Below, in pieces: positions 34,150-47,112 of a DNA stretch of 64,000 bases. The stretch spans positions 8,618,001-8,682,000 of the forward strand of contig OZ193909.1 in assembly GCA_964276515.1 (NCBI GenBank). Direction: 5' to 3'. How positions within the stretch are numbered: the stretch's first letter is position 1; every line of letters starts with the position of its first letter. Below the pieces are notes generated by a model. The model was not told the DNA's origin. It saw nothing but the letters and a program-made list of their open reading frames with translations, and searched no databases. Made by a program: the position numbers and the translations under genes. The stretch comes from Gordius albopunctatus. Its lineage: Eukaryota.

Positions 34150-37100
34150 CACAACGAAGGCGGTTAAGGAAACTAGTTGTGGAAAGAATGCGAATTACGT
34201 GCTGGAATGTGGGAAAGTTGACGGGGAAGAGCATCGAAGTCACACAGATGCTAAAAAATGAAAGGTACACATCGCCTGCCTACAAGAGACGAGGTGGAAC
34301 GGAACGAAAGCTCGGGAATTAAGAGAAGGATACAAGCTTTTCTACAGTGGGTCATCAAATCGTGGAAACGGGATCGGTATCGTTCTAAGCGAATCGTTCA
34401 AGGACAAGGTGGTGGAAGTCAAGCGTTGTTCCCAAAAGGCTAATGTGGGTGAAGATTGTAGATCAAGGGGGCCTCCTAACCGTTATGTGCGCGTATCCCC
34501 CCCCCCCCCCAAATTGGATGTTTGGAATCAGAGAAAGACATATTCTTCGATTCATTGGAAAAGGAAATACAAGGAATAGGACAGGAAGAAAGGCTTATTA
34601 ATGGGGCGGTCTTTAACGCTCACGTAGGAAAAGATCGCCTCAGGTATGAACGCAATCATGGAGGCTATGGGGATGGTCTCAGAAACAAAAAAGGGGAAAA
34701 ACTTCTCCAAGTATCCCAAGCATATGGCATGGCGATCGTTAGAACCTATTTTCAAAAACGCGAAAATCATATTGTGACCTATAGAAGTGGGAAGCATTTT
34801 AGTCAAATTGACTATTTGCTTATACTGCGAAAAGACTTATGGATTATCAAGGATTGCAAAGTAATACCGGGAGAAGAAATCGCCAGGCAACATCGTCCCC
34901 TTGTTATGGGTCTTGACAGGAGAGTATTTCCCGAAAAAAGAAAGGTATATGAACCTCGAATTCGAAACGAAAGGCTAAAGGATAGGTCGACGAACAAAGA
35001 ATACCATCGAAAAGCCTGCTCACTCTTGGGTGCAAGGAAGTTGCAAAGGGACGTAGACGACGATTGGGAGACGCTATCTAAGGATATTAAGGAAACAGCG
35101 ATTCGTGTTCTAGGACAGACCAAAGGAGGCAAAGCTATGAATATAGAACTATGGTGGTGGGATCAATCGGTTAAAGATTTCATAGAAAGAAAGATCTATA
35201 TAGACGGTGGCATAAATCAAAAAACTCGGAGGATTATCAAGAATACAGGTACGCAAAAAAGGCCGTTGCAAAAGCAAAGAATGCCGCGTATACCGAGATG
35301 TCAAACAAACTGGATCATCAAGGGGGCGATAGGCTTATGTACAAATTGGCCAAGATAAGGTAGAAGAAAAGTCGCCATGTCGGAGTTCTTATAATAGTCA
35401 AAAGCGAGAAGGGTCAAACCTTATTCAAGCCGAAGGAAGTGATGAAAAGGTGGAAAGGATATTTCAAGAAACTTATGAATATTGCAAATGACAAGGATTC
35501 CCTTCCCGAAATTGAGCCAAATATAAGTATGGTCGAACTCTTTCAGGAGGATGAAGTTAGGACACAGATGAACAAGATGCAAAAAGGAAAAGCAAATGGC
35601 CCAGATGGAATACCTATGGAAGCATTGTTCGGATGTCGTGAAGAAGAAGTCACCACCATGACGAACCTCCTTTACAAGATATTGGTAGAAAGGCGAATTC
35701 TTAATCAATGGAAAGCAAGCCCGATTATATACTTATTTAAAGGTAAAAGAGACCCTCAAGACTGTGGCAATTACAGAGGTATCAAGCTAACTTGCCACTC
35801 CTTGAAGCTTTTGGAAAGGATCTTAGTAACATGGCTGAAAAGCGAGGTGGAAATATCGGCTAATCAATTCGGATTCGTGGCCGGCAAATCCAATATCGAC
35901 CCAATCTTCGTCCTAAGACAAATGATGGATAAGTATGGTGAAAAGAGGAAAGACCTACATATGGTTTTTATCGACTTGGAGAAAGCTTATGACACGGTCC
36001 CCCGCGATTTAATATGGTGGTGTCTAAGGAAACAAATATCCCTGACGCATATATACGGCTTATGAAAAATATTTATGAAGCTTCAAACTCTTGCGTTAGG
36101 ACGACAGTTGGAGACTCTAAACCTTTTCGGGTTAATATTGGATTACATCAAGGCTCTGCTTTAAGTCCCTTTTTATTTAATCTTATATATAAAAATGAAA
36201 CTATGTGTGTGTGTGTATTCCCCCACCAATTTTGGAAAACTACCAGACCGAATTTATTCCTGACACTTCGGAGCATGCTTTAAGATTTGTTCGAGCCAAA
36301 TTGGTCCAGTAGTTTTCGAGTTTGTTTGTTTTATACGTTTAAAAGAATGTCAATCAAACGCAACCTCATCGTGTTCTTTGAAAATTTGAATATACAGTTC
36401 TTTAGTAAAAGTGTATCACTTATAGTATTTTCTAAAACGTATATTCTTAATCTATTATACGGAAATAGAACAATAGAAGTAGAACATATAGATAGACATC
36501 AAACTTTATTTTTACTTCAATAACCGCTTTATCATCATATATGCCCTAAAATTCCAACATAATTTAATACACCCGGGTAAATGGTAAAACAACGTTTGCC
36601 GGGTTCATTTAGTATAATTATAGACACGATAAAGAGGGACATTCAAAAGCCATCGCCATGGTGTATGCTATATGCCGATGATATAGTACTATGCGAGGAA
36701 ACAAGGGAGAAAATATTCGAAGAAGCCAAAAAGTGGTCAAGGCGCTTAGCTGGATATGGTTTAAAGGTCAACGATCGAAAAACGGTATACATGGAAATAA
36801 ACGGTAAAGGCATCCCATCGCTGGATGCCCATCTAAAGTACCCAAAAGTAGACAGATTTAATTACCTCGGCTCGATGCTACACGAGAGGGAGGTTGCGCA
36901 ACGGAAGTCAATGCCCGGATCCAAAAAGGATGGCTTAAATGGCGAAGTATATCCGGTGTAATGTGCGACAAGAAAATGCCAATATGGTTGAAGAGCAAAG
37001 ACTCTATGGAAGTGAAACATGGGCATTAAACACCACGGAATTAAAGCTATTACAAGTCACAGAGATGAGAATGATACGGTAGAGCTTGGGGTATAATAAT

Positions 37101-37421
37101 CTCGACCATATGACGAATGACTTTCTCATGACAAAAATGGGTATTCAACCTATGCCGGACATGATTAACGAAAATCGACTAAGGTGGTATGATACTAAGA
37201 AGGGATACGGATGATGTAAATCGAAAAGTACTGGTCATGGAGGTACCGGGGAAGAGAGGAAGAGGACGACCCCGTGTCACGTGGAAAGGGCAAGTCGATA
37301 AAGTTATGGAAACTAAAGAGATTAGTCAAGACATGGCACTCACCCGGTCAAGATGGAAGAAACTTATCAAAACAAACACCACCAATGTGGGACCAAATAA
37401 CTGATAAAGAAGAAGAAGAAG
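34150..37421 (+). mobile_element. Near full-length RTE-clade LINE (APE endonuclease + RT), frameshifted and interrupted by a Helitron
   Basis: MRI.CWNVG (~34188), CLQETRW, FNAHVG, SQIDYLL, QHRPLV, KANGPDGIP, FIDLEKAYD, GLHQGSALSP, YADD; stop at 37404 followed by a (GAA)n tail. Confidence 0.95.
36181..36612 (+). mobile_element. Non-autonomous Helitron (432 bp) inserted in the RTE RT region
   Basis: 5' TC, 3' TTAG preceded by hairpin CCCGGGTAAATG..CGTTTGCCGGG. Inserted between A and T without TSD; the empty site TTTAA|TATAATT is visible in the minus RTE copy (~33495-33515). Confidence 0.9.
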
Positions 37422-37504
37422 ATTACTAACACTTTCAACACATATATATTGCTTACCCATTTCGATAAAAAAATTGAAATCCAATGTAAAGATCATAAAA
37501 TTTT

Positions 37505-37607
37505 TTTATATGGGCCAGGGCTGGGCTTTGAATTTGTATAAAATTTAATATTATGACGGGCCCCTACTGCGTCCGAACTTGTATAAACAGCCCGTTGCAG
37601 GTCTCTA
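37505..37607. mobile_element. Terminal fragment of the TAGAGACCTG hAT family
   Basis: GGGCC motifs ending CCCGTTGCAGGTCTCTA, the same terminus as at 40873. Confidence 0.7.
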
Positions 37608-39028
37608 ATGGTTATATCTTAAGACCCTCAAACTATTTTAAATGCTTGGGGTCCAATATATTAACTTTTTTTAATAAGTTAATTAATTTAAACACAAACT
37701 AAAACAAAGAGCACACAATTCAAAAAATCTATTAGCTCCCTTGGTACGCTACAGTTTTATAATGTTTTGAACCTGCTTAAATAGGGATGTTTGAAATGTA
37801 TTTATAAAATAAATTATTATCAATACGTGTAAAAGAGATTTGAGAACACTATAAAGAGGTAAAGCTAGTAAAATTAATTTGATGAAATTTTAATGACAAC
37901 CGATTATAATAAAATTCGTATAAATAACTTTACCCTTTGTAAATAAGGTTTTCAAAACTTCTACCGTTATTGAAATTCGGAATTATTTTGCTTAAGAAAT
38001 CCATATTTTTAAATTGATTTCGAAATTGAAATTTGATGTTCAGATTTCTCGATTAGAAACAATACCCATAAAAACAATTTAGGTGCATATATTTTTATTT
38101 GCTATAACCTATTGTAAGTTTATTAATATTAAGGAAAGGCATCAGACGCTGTCATACTTAAAGCTTTGACATCATCTTATTTCAAACTCTCTGATAAGGG
38201 TATTACAATAACCTATATTAATATAATATAGTGCAAGATTTATAGCGCAATTTATTGTTCTATCTATAAAAACAAAGATAAATAAAAACTATAGCTATAT
38301 TTCAATAAGACCAGAAGAGAATGATATATAAATATTATATTTTAAGTAAAGATTATAAATCAAAATATAAGGGATACTTTTTTTTGTAAACATAATCAAC
38401 TTATTTTTTGGTTTAGTTACTCTTAAGTGGTCCAATTTTTGCAATGGCGAATTTACCAAAGCTATATATACAAACTTTATTTCACCTTATGCGCAAAATT
38501 TGCCAGAATATTTATTCGAACTTTCAGGATCAGAGACTATTAGACTGTTAAACCCCTGTATATTTAAGCATTCAAGTAGTGAAAAAACGCACGCAATTTT
38601 GAACATATACGTGATTTTTATTTTGTAAGTGATAATTTTATATTAGATTTTATATAGTATGCCATTTGTAGCAACTTAAACTAAGTGAACATAACAAGTA
38701 TGCGGCCTGCAGGTCTAAGTCTGGTCAAATCGGGTTGGGCCATAAAAATAGCAGATTATAAAATGCGGGATAGGTTTGGGACTAGATGATCAAAACTCAT
38801 CGGGAATGCGCATAGTAAGATAAACGCTAATAAAGTGATATGTATGTGTATCTATTTTTTAAGAGGATATTATATATTAAAGAACATAGAATTATGCATA
38901 TTTATAACAAAAATACTGGGTGTTTTTGGGTATTTTATTAAAAAAATAAGAAATTAAAAAGAATATTTAAGGTAGTATGTGTTATTAACTTAATTCTTGT
39001 ATAGTCGCTACTGTTTTGATAAAAGCTT

Positions 39029-39305
39029 GTGCTCGGTTCCTTTGGCAAACAGGCAATGGGGTTTTTTAAAGAAATCGGAAAACGTTCACCGAAATCTAAA
39101 ATTTCTGCGTCCTTTTTACTCAGGCAACAACTAGGGATTCTTGTTGTACGATACAACTTTAAATCCTTTGCCGACTCATGGCCCATTTTAGAAGATAATG
39201 ATATAGATCTTTGTATTTAATTAATATGTCTTTATTTTTGTATTTCGCTTATTTATGTAAATTTGTTTCGTGAAAATAAACTTTTTAACCATTAAAAAAA
39301 TAAAG
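39029..39305 (+). mobile_element. 3' fragment of a CRE-like (restriction-like endonuclease) non-LTR retrotransposon
   Basis: Peptide LGSFGKQAMGFFKEIGKR..SFLLRQQLGILVVRYN resembles the CRE-clade C-terminal pattern as I recall it (LGxWGxxAxxFxKELG..FLxQxLSIAxQRGN); followed by a short AT-rich UTR, AATAAA and an A-rich tail. Confidence 0.6.
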
Positions 39306-40189
39306 GCTTTGAAATTTGTCAATTCGAGTCACTAATGGCCCGTCTCATATAAACGAGAAAGGGTAGACTAAAGCTCAATAAAATAATTAATCATTCGTTG
39401 GATTCACGTGTCAATATGACTCAAGTCATATTTCGAATCAGTGTCATAGCCAAGGTAAGGTGAAGTGGGAACTCTCCCCTCCTAGCAAAAATATAATAAA
39501 TTATTAAATAAATTAAGAGTTTTTATAGTTGCTTAAAAGACTAAGACACTTATAAATGCTTAAAACGGTTTTATATATTTTTTCCTTTTAAGTTAAATTT
39601 TCTCCAAAAAAGCTTTTAATTATTAATTTCCTCTTTACGAATTCACTTGTCAAAATAAATTTGATTGAGCATTTTCCTACATGAATACCTGGCTCGCCCA
39701 CACCTAGTAAGTAGCAATTTTATAAATTATAGGTGTAATTCTAAAATCTAAATACTTAATTTCGCTTTCATATCTTGATAAATTTGATACATCTTACTAT
39801 GCATACAATTGGAGAGAAAGGATTTTGACATTCATCAGGTGATTTGACTAGCAGATAACACTGCAACTCAGTTATAATTTATATGATTTATATGTTAGAT
39901 CTAAACATCGATTTGCTAGGAGGCAAAGTATTAATATTCCAATTAAATTCATTAAGGTTTATTCTAATAAACAATTTTTATCTCATTGCACGAATCGTTC
40001 ATTATACAAACTAAGGAACGGTTTTCGATAAAAAAAACAAGTTCTAACTAAATTGAAATCCTGTTTCCACAAGAAGCGTCAAATTTTTTGACTAATTTTA
40101 ATGAAGTGATTTAAAGGCAAAAATTTTTCTTTCTATTTTTCACACTAAGGTGGTCAGCTTCTTTAAATATTTAGAAAAGGGATGACGCT

Positions 40190-40873
40190 CGGCTATCCAG
40201 GCCTCACAACGGGCTCGGGCCGGACCTAGATTAAACTGAGGCCCGCTAAAAGCCCGTTGCAAAATAGTTTAATTTTTTATTATACTAGAAATATAAAGTA
40301 AAAACAAAAATGTGTTGAACTTTTTTTTTGAATTTCCTTCTTTATTCATTCATTTACCAAAATACCGCGCGATTCAAATTTCAAATAGAGAAGTTTTCAC
40401 TAGGTACTACAAATTTACACACATGAAAATGGCTACTACTCAAGAGAAAAGGGAAACTTATGAAAAAATAAAAAGTCTTATAGATCGCGAGGATTTTACT
40501 CAATCAGTTAGTTCTTCCGAGAATACAGAAAATGATAATAGTATGTCTCAAGGTAAGATTTTCAATTTTAAGACAAAATTTTAGTAATATTTTAGCTAAA
40601 AAATCTAAATGCGTATTTTCAGAATGGGAGGATAATGAAAGCATACCTTCATCAACAAATGAATTTAATCAATATCTTAAAGAATATGTTAAAATCCAAC
40701 AGAAATTAGCAAACTAAAAAATTTTGCACACGGGCCCGGGCCGGGCTTTGCAATTAATTAGCGGGCCGGGTCCGGGCCTATCACCTTTAATTTTTACGGG
40801 CCCTGGCCGGGCCCGGGCTTTGCAATTAGCGGGCCGGGCCGACTGACCTAAACAGGCCCGTTGCAGGTCTCTA
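40190..40873 (+). mobile_element. Internally deleted derivative of the hAT transposon at 1-1893
   Basis: 40205-40360 matches the reverse complement of ~1670-1865; 40420-40627 matches the reverse complement of 1-168 (MKMATTQEKR..CVFSEW). Tandem GGGCCC/GGCCGGG motifs and a CAGGTCTCTA terminus. Confidence 0.85.
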
Positions 40874-40899
40874 ATATATATTACATCTTTTTAAAGAAA

Positions 40900-40974
40900 G
40901 TGCCGAAAGCGAGATTTGAACCCGCGAGCTCTTAGTTCATAGGCAAAGACTATATGAACTACGCCCCCACGCCC
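40900..40974 (-). mobile_element. tRNA-derived SINE head or tRNA pseudogene
   Basis: Minus strand has GGCGTAG (A-box-like) and a T-arm GCGGG-TTCAAAT-CTCGC; acceptor and anticodon stems pair poorly. Confidence 0.5.
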
Positions 40975-41137
40975 CTATTTAAAGGCACAAACATTAAATA
41001 AGATGTTCAGTAGTATATAGCTTTGTCTCAAACTTAATAGACCTGTCGATTCAAGAATGCTCGACACCCTAACAGCTTAGAAAATGTTGCTAAAACCACT
41101 GCCTAATATAACCACTTATGTCTCCCGATAACCACAT

Positions 41138-41270
41138 TAGAGACTTGCACGGGTGACCCGAAACCTGACCCGGTTAAAAATTTTGAAATTTCTTTGGGTC
41201 TGGTCGGGTTTGGGTTGAAAACTTTAAAAAGCTTCCGGACCGGGTCTTGGATCTAAAGTGTCGGGTCAAA
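41138..41270. mobile_element. hAT-like terminal fragment
   Basis: Starts TAGAGACTTGCACGGG, then ACCCG/CGGGT repeats. Confidence 0.5.
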
Positions 41271-43723
41271 GGTTATGAATCTTGAATTGCAATTACACCT
41301 GACATATCTTTTAAATTAATGCTATTATGTATAATGTTTTTAAGTAATAATAATCGAAATCTATAATTAAAGATTATTCATTCAGTTAATTAATTTCCTT
41401 TTGTTCATTTATTTTTTTTACCAATTGAGGTTTATTTCCAAATAATTATGTATGATACATGGTAAAATATATTCTATTAATGAGCTGGCATTAAATCTGA
41501 TTGTTTTAATTTGGACGCAAATTTAAATTTGACTCGTGAAAGGTAAAATATATAAACAAAATAATATTTTAAAATTGTATTTAAATAGTGTGATGTGGTA
41601 GTTTATCATTAACCTAAACTACATAAGTATATATTCATAAACCAAAATAAAAAATTTATTTTATGGTTCATTTGCAAAACTATATATTTCAATTTAATTG
41701 CGACCCGATTTTGTAGATGCCATCATATTTATATTTCATTATATTAAATCATTCAAATGAATTTAATAATCAAAATCGTTGGTACCAATTAGTTCCATAA
41801 ATCGCACTTTAACTTGTCAATTAAAATTTACACACTGAACTTTTTTAATTGCTACGCAATTTAAGGGCTCGCTTTTTGTTGTCCTCTAATATACTGTCCT
41901 GTTCAACTTTTAATTTTGCAATAGTTGCCGTATGGCTGTGGACTTATGCTTCTGTAAAAGACTTTTATTTCGCTTTTGCAAATAGACTAGCTAATGACCG
42001 CTGGTTGCCTTTAATTTTGTCGACCTCGCCTGAGCCCAATATCTATTATTGTTGTTGTGCAAAAACTTCTTTGGCCAACTTTTCTATGTTGTTGCTATAT
42101 ATCGGTTAATTGCTAAACTGCCTAAATTTCCAAGCAAATTAATGATGACCATTGTTTACTTCCACTTTATCTGACCCCGGCCAAAGGCCAAAATCTATTT
42201 CTTTTTTTGTGCCTGCACGGTTTGGCATTTATGGTATCTTAGCTTCAAATATAAAAAAAATAAATTTATTAGTTTTTACAATATTTGGTCCATATGTATT
42301 TCTTCGATTTTTAATCGTCTGCGGACTGCATGACCACTGGCCAAAATGTGATTGGAAATTTTTTTCGGTTTTTTAATATTTGGTTCTTAAGTTTTACTAC
42401 GATTTTTGACCGTCTTCTGACTACTGATTAATAAAAAAAATGACCATTGCCTAAAGTATGAATCGAAATTTTTACTATATTTTCTCTTTTAAAGGCTATT
42501 TGGCCGTCTTCTGTCTGCTGGACAACATAAAAAATGACCACTGGCCAGAGTAATTTGGCCTTTTTTAGGTCTATCATTAATTTTTTTGAGCACCTGTGAC
42601 ATTTTTGAGATCCGCGGTCGGAACAGGCATTGCTATGTATTTATTATATGCCTATTTTTATACGCCTTCCCGTGAGGATAATACGTGATCACTTTCATCC
42701 AATCAATATTTAACAAATGATACCTTTTGCAACAACATTTTACTTCACAAAATTTTCATAAAAATTTTTGAGTCATAAATCCTATGTTTGAAATTTTTTA
42801 CACTATAACAATCCCTATTTTTGATTCTAGAGAGGCCCGAAATAAAAGTATTTTCCAGAGATCAAAAAATGCTCGGGGCTATATATGGCCCATAAACGGT
42901 ATAATACCCTTAATAGTTTTTTGTTATTTTTTTATGAAAACTTTCAATTAACATTAAAACAACTATAAAATAGCAAAAATATCACATATAATTATTATAT
43001 AAATAGTTTTTTATTATTAACAAATTAATTTACAACAAAACTGTTTATAGCAATTCATTATACAAAAATTTACACTCTATCACTTAAAACTAGTTTGGGT
43101 TCTAAAAAACTAATAGTTAAAAAGTTATTAACAAAAAGATATATTTCAAAAAAGGAGCTTCAAAACCTTATATTCTATCTTTCCCTTGAATAATTGGGTA
43201 CAAAAATTTTTTATGCCTGAAATGTGCATTTTTTGAATATAAATTATAACATGGAAATAAATCGAGAAGATATGTATAGTCCCGAGACACGTATAGCCCC
43301 GATCTCCCCTATAATATTTTTAAATAAACTAGATTCATTACATTATAATCTGAAGGCTTATATGGATTTTCATATTTTTGAAATATATTTTATTCATTTT
43401 TTCCCTTTTAGATCAAAATTTTGCTATAAACAACCCAAAAAGGAGCATCAAAACGGATAAAGAGTATTATCGTCCATACATAGAAATTATAGATTTTATC
43501 CTTTTAGTTATACAATACTTTCACTATATTTAATTTTAAAGTTAATGCATTTATGCTATAAATTGATTAAAGTAAGAATTTATCAAATATTTTCCTAAAA
43601 TAAATTAAATTTATTATAATAGTTATAGGCCTATAATACCGATTTAGAAAATTCAAACTATCCCAAAAGATTTGAAATCAAATTATTACGAGAAAATATA
43701 TTAATTAAAAAGAAATTAATTAC

Positions 43724-43995
43724 CTGTAACAGTCTATAGAGAGTTGATTAGGGATTTGATTTGGTTGACTATTTTGCCTGTCACCTAGTCTTTTAATTAA
43801 GGCATTAAACCCCATGATGGGAATCGAGTCACTTCTGTTCGAAAATTCACCTATTTCAATTAAATTGCATTCTTTTACTATGCGGCAGTTTTGACTTTAG
43901 AGGATATTATTTCACCTATAATTATTTATCTAAAAAATACCTTTAATTTGTTCTTTGGGCAGACAAGTAAGTTGATTGCTTTGCTTGGACACCAT
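43724..43995 (-). CDS. Putative upstream coding exons (43995-43941, 43850-43724), possibly of the FERM gene
   Basis: ATG-started, phase-consistent GT-AG pair; ends in phase 2, matching the phase-2 acceptor at 26419. No homology support. Confidence 0.3.
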
Positions 43996-46900
43996 ACCAC
44001 TTCAATTAAAATAAATGATTTATAAATATATTTGATTAAAAATTTGTATCACGGATTGGTTAAAATTTAAAAAAAAACTATAAAAACACCACAAAAATGG
44101 TCCACAGGATTAATAGGCGTAGCCAGGATTGCCTCAAGGGGGAGGGGTTCAAAATTTTTTGATATATAATACTATTTAAAAATTTTAAGCTTATATACAG
44201 TAATGGCGGAGGCAGGATCATCTAAGGAAGGGGTAGGAGGGGGGGGGGCAGGGTAAATTTTGTGTCAAAGAATTTCGAGTAAACAAAAACGAATTAAAAT
44301 TACATAAATTCAATATCTAAGATGGGTTTTTGATGAAAAATTCCAAATTGCAATGAGTCCTTTAAATTTTTCTGTTTGTGCTAATTAGGCCCATTGTTGA
44401 ACTAAATACTTGCATGGACCTTTTAGGCTTAATTTTCCCACCAGTACTAAAAAATGTCCATCTGAGATTAAAAGCCCGAGTTCGCCCCACTGATTTTTTG
44501 TAATGCACAGGCCCAGCCTACACCCTCCCAAAAAAATCTTATATATTCTGCGGCTTTTAAAACATTTTTTGTCAGTACCAAAAAATTGTTCAATATTAAT
44601 CATGTTAAATACATCAGTCTCAAACAGGCTTTTGTTTCTTCCAACAAGTTAAATTTTCATTCGTAGCACTTGAAGCTGGATAAAATCATTTATGATAATT
44701 GAAACTCTATGCTAGGATAATTTTATACTAAATATACATATTTTTGTTAATGTTTCACGATTCCCTTTTTAAAAAATAAAAGCATTGGGATCCACTTCTT
44801 TAAGAATCACAAGTTGTATGAATAAATAGCAAACAAAAATTAATAAGGATTTGTTTGTATTGTAAAGTTAAATAATAATAAAATTTGATAGACATCATAA
44901 AAACACCATTTTTATCTATTAAAACAAAAAGGTTTTGCCCCTACTAATATCTAGAACGATCCCGAGCCCCTTTTATTACCCTAACGCTCGTCCAAGCTAG
45001 GCCCGCAATTTTTAACAAAAACCCATGCCCGGCTTTGGGGGTGCCAGCTGTATTTGCTATAATAAAGTTAGCTATATTCTGATCATTAAAAGGTAAACTT
45101 TAAAAAATGAATTTACTAAACCATAAGAAATATTAATTTTTAGTTGAATTAATACGCACAATTTGACTCTAGAATCAGCACGCACAATTTCTAAAGAAAT
45201 AAAATTTTAAAGTATGTTTTGAAATGAAGCATGAATGAAAGAAATGTGCAAAACGCTTTGTAAAATTATCATTTACATTAATATTACTTATTTGTATTTT
45301 ATCATTATACTTGTCTCTAGTTGTATATCCAAAATTTCTATAAACAAGGAACTAATGTAAGTTTAAATAACCATATTAAATACTTTTAAAAATAAAATAA
45401 TTACCTTTATAACTAAAATTTGGTTTGTATCAGCATTTTCCTCGTTTATTTTAGAGGTTGAGATAGTTTTTTAGAGAAATAATTAGGAATTATATTTCTT
45501 CTTATTACAAAACACGCACTCGGGACAGAAAGTTTTTGTACAAATAGTGTTAGAATTAGTATATTTCATCTAAAATTAAATTTCAAATTAATTAAGATAA
45601 CTTATTATTTCTATATGCGCAAACAAAGCTCCTATTAATATCATTGAAATTTTCCGCTTAATTTGGAAAAAAAGGCAAACTTTTTTGCCCAAGGGAGGGG
45701 TCCTAACCTAACCCGAAACCCCCCCCCTTCCCTACGCTAATGACAGGATTTATTCGTAATTTAACGTTTAAAATATCTATCATCGGCAAATCTAAAATCT
45801 CACAATTTATGCTCGGCATCAAATTGTTTTATTCTAAAATAGTAATTAAAAATCTTTCTTTGCAATTATAGTTTAAAACAAAAATTAAATAAATACATAT
45901 TTCATCACTATGTTTTTAAAATTAATATAAATTTATGCCTAATCTTTTCACAGTATATCAAGTTTACAAACGGCATTATTTATTTTTGTTAATAATACCT
46001 GCTCGTTCATTAGTAAAGTCGATTGCTGTAGCGGGACAAATCCTATTCCCCCCTTGGCAAAACTTAAATAAATTGTCCATATTAACAAATCTAAATTTTA
46101 ACTTTGCAGGCCTTTATTTAAAAGGCAACCAAAAGGGTCATATTAAAGTATAAGACCCTTGATTTAACTGTAAGTATATTTTCATTATATAGAGTCTATC
46201 TTATATGTCCTATAATTTTATATTTGGATGGGCTCTATATATAAGAACATGCCAGGCAATAAAGAACTTTACAGCTCTTAATTAATCCGTAGCTTGAGCT
46301 CATGTGAAAATTAATCTCGAAACTACCTAATTTTTTTGCAAAATGAAGAACTTTTTTTAAAAACAAACACCTTCAGGAAATTCGGATATAATACATTATG
46401 TCTTAACGTCATTATTCACATTATGTTGCACGGTATTGAAAAAAACTCACCTATTCGTAAAAAATGGCAGAAAAATATAGCAAGTTTTGGGTCTCAGAGA
46501 TACGAAGTTTAAATATGATAATCCTTGCTGTTATTGGTTTTAATTAGTTTTTGTTATAGAGTGTTAAGTTTATACAATCACTTGCCGTGCGAATTTTTAA
46601 GAGTGTAAAGAATTCGGTAGCGGCCTATTGGCTTCAAAGGAGATAAAAAAAGCAATTTATCGATTGTGAAAGAATATATAGTAAAAATTAAAAGCTTATT
46701 ATCTTTATCAGTTATAACTGTAAGAATTAAAATTTATTCAAAAGTTAGTCCTAGCTTTTTTCCTTTGCCATCCCATATGCACCAACGAGAATAAAATTTA
46801 TTGATTTCTCGGTTAGTCCGTATTAAAACTAATATTACTAGATATATAATTGTTTATTTTTTTTTATTAAAATAATGCAATTAATCATAAATATTATGCA

Positions 46901-47112
46901 GTTTTAAATACAAAAAAATCCATGCGGATTATAATTAAAAGTTTGTTGATTAAAACCCATAAATTTGTTACTTTAGACAAATTGCTAAATTTTAATATAT
47001 TTTTTGAGTAGCGTATATAAATTTTGGTAAATATTAAGGCATGGTTCATTCAAAAGAGCTATCACAAACTCCTACCATGTGATTGATGAAATTTGTCAAC
47101 ATATAAAACACT

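Noticed and set aside
40730..40860. GGGCC/GGCCC arrays as CRISPR-like or regulatory repeats
   Set aside because: No regular spacers, eukaryotic context, and explained as hAT subterminal repeats.
42873..43312. Partial inverted ends TCGGGGCTATA / TATAGCCCCGA
   Set aside because: Probably an old MITE, but the left end is truncated and there is no TSD, so it cannot be classified.
45404..45570. Exon-like segment with AG/GT borders on the minus strand
   Set aside because: In-frame stops in all frames.
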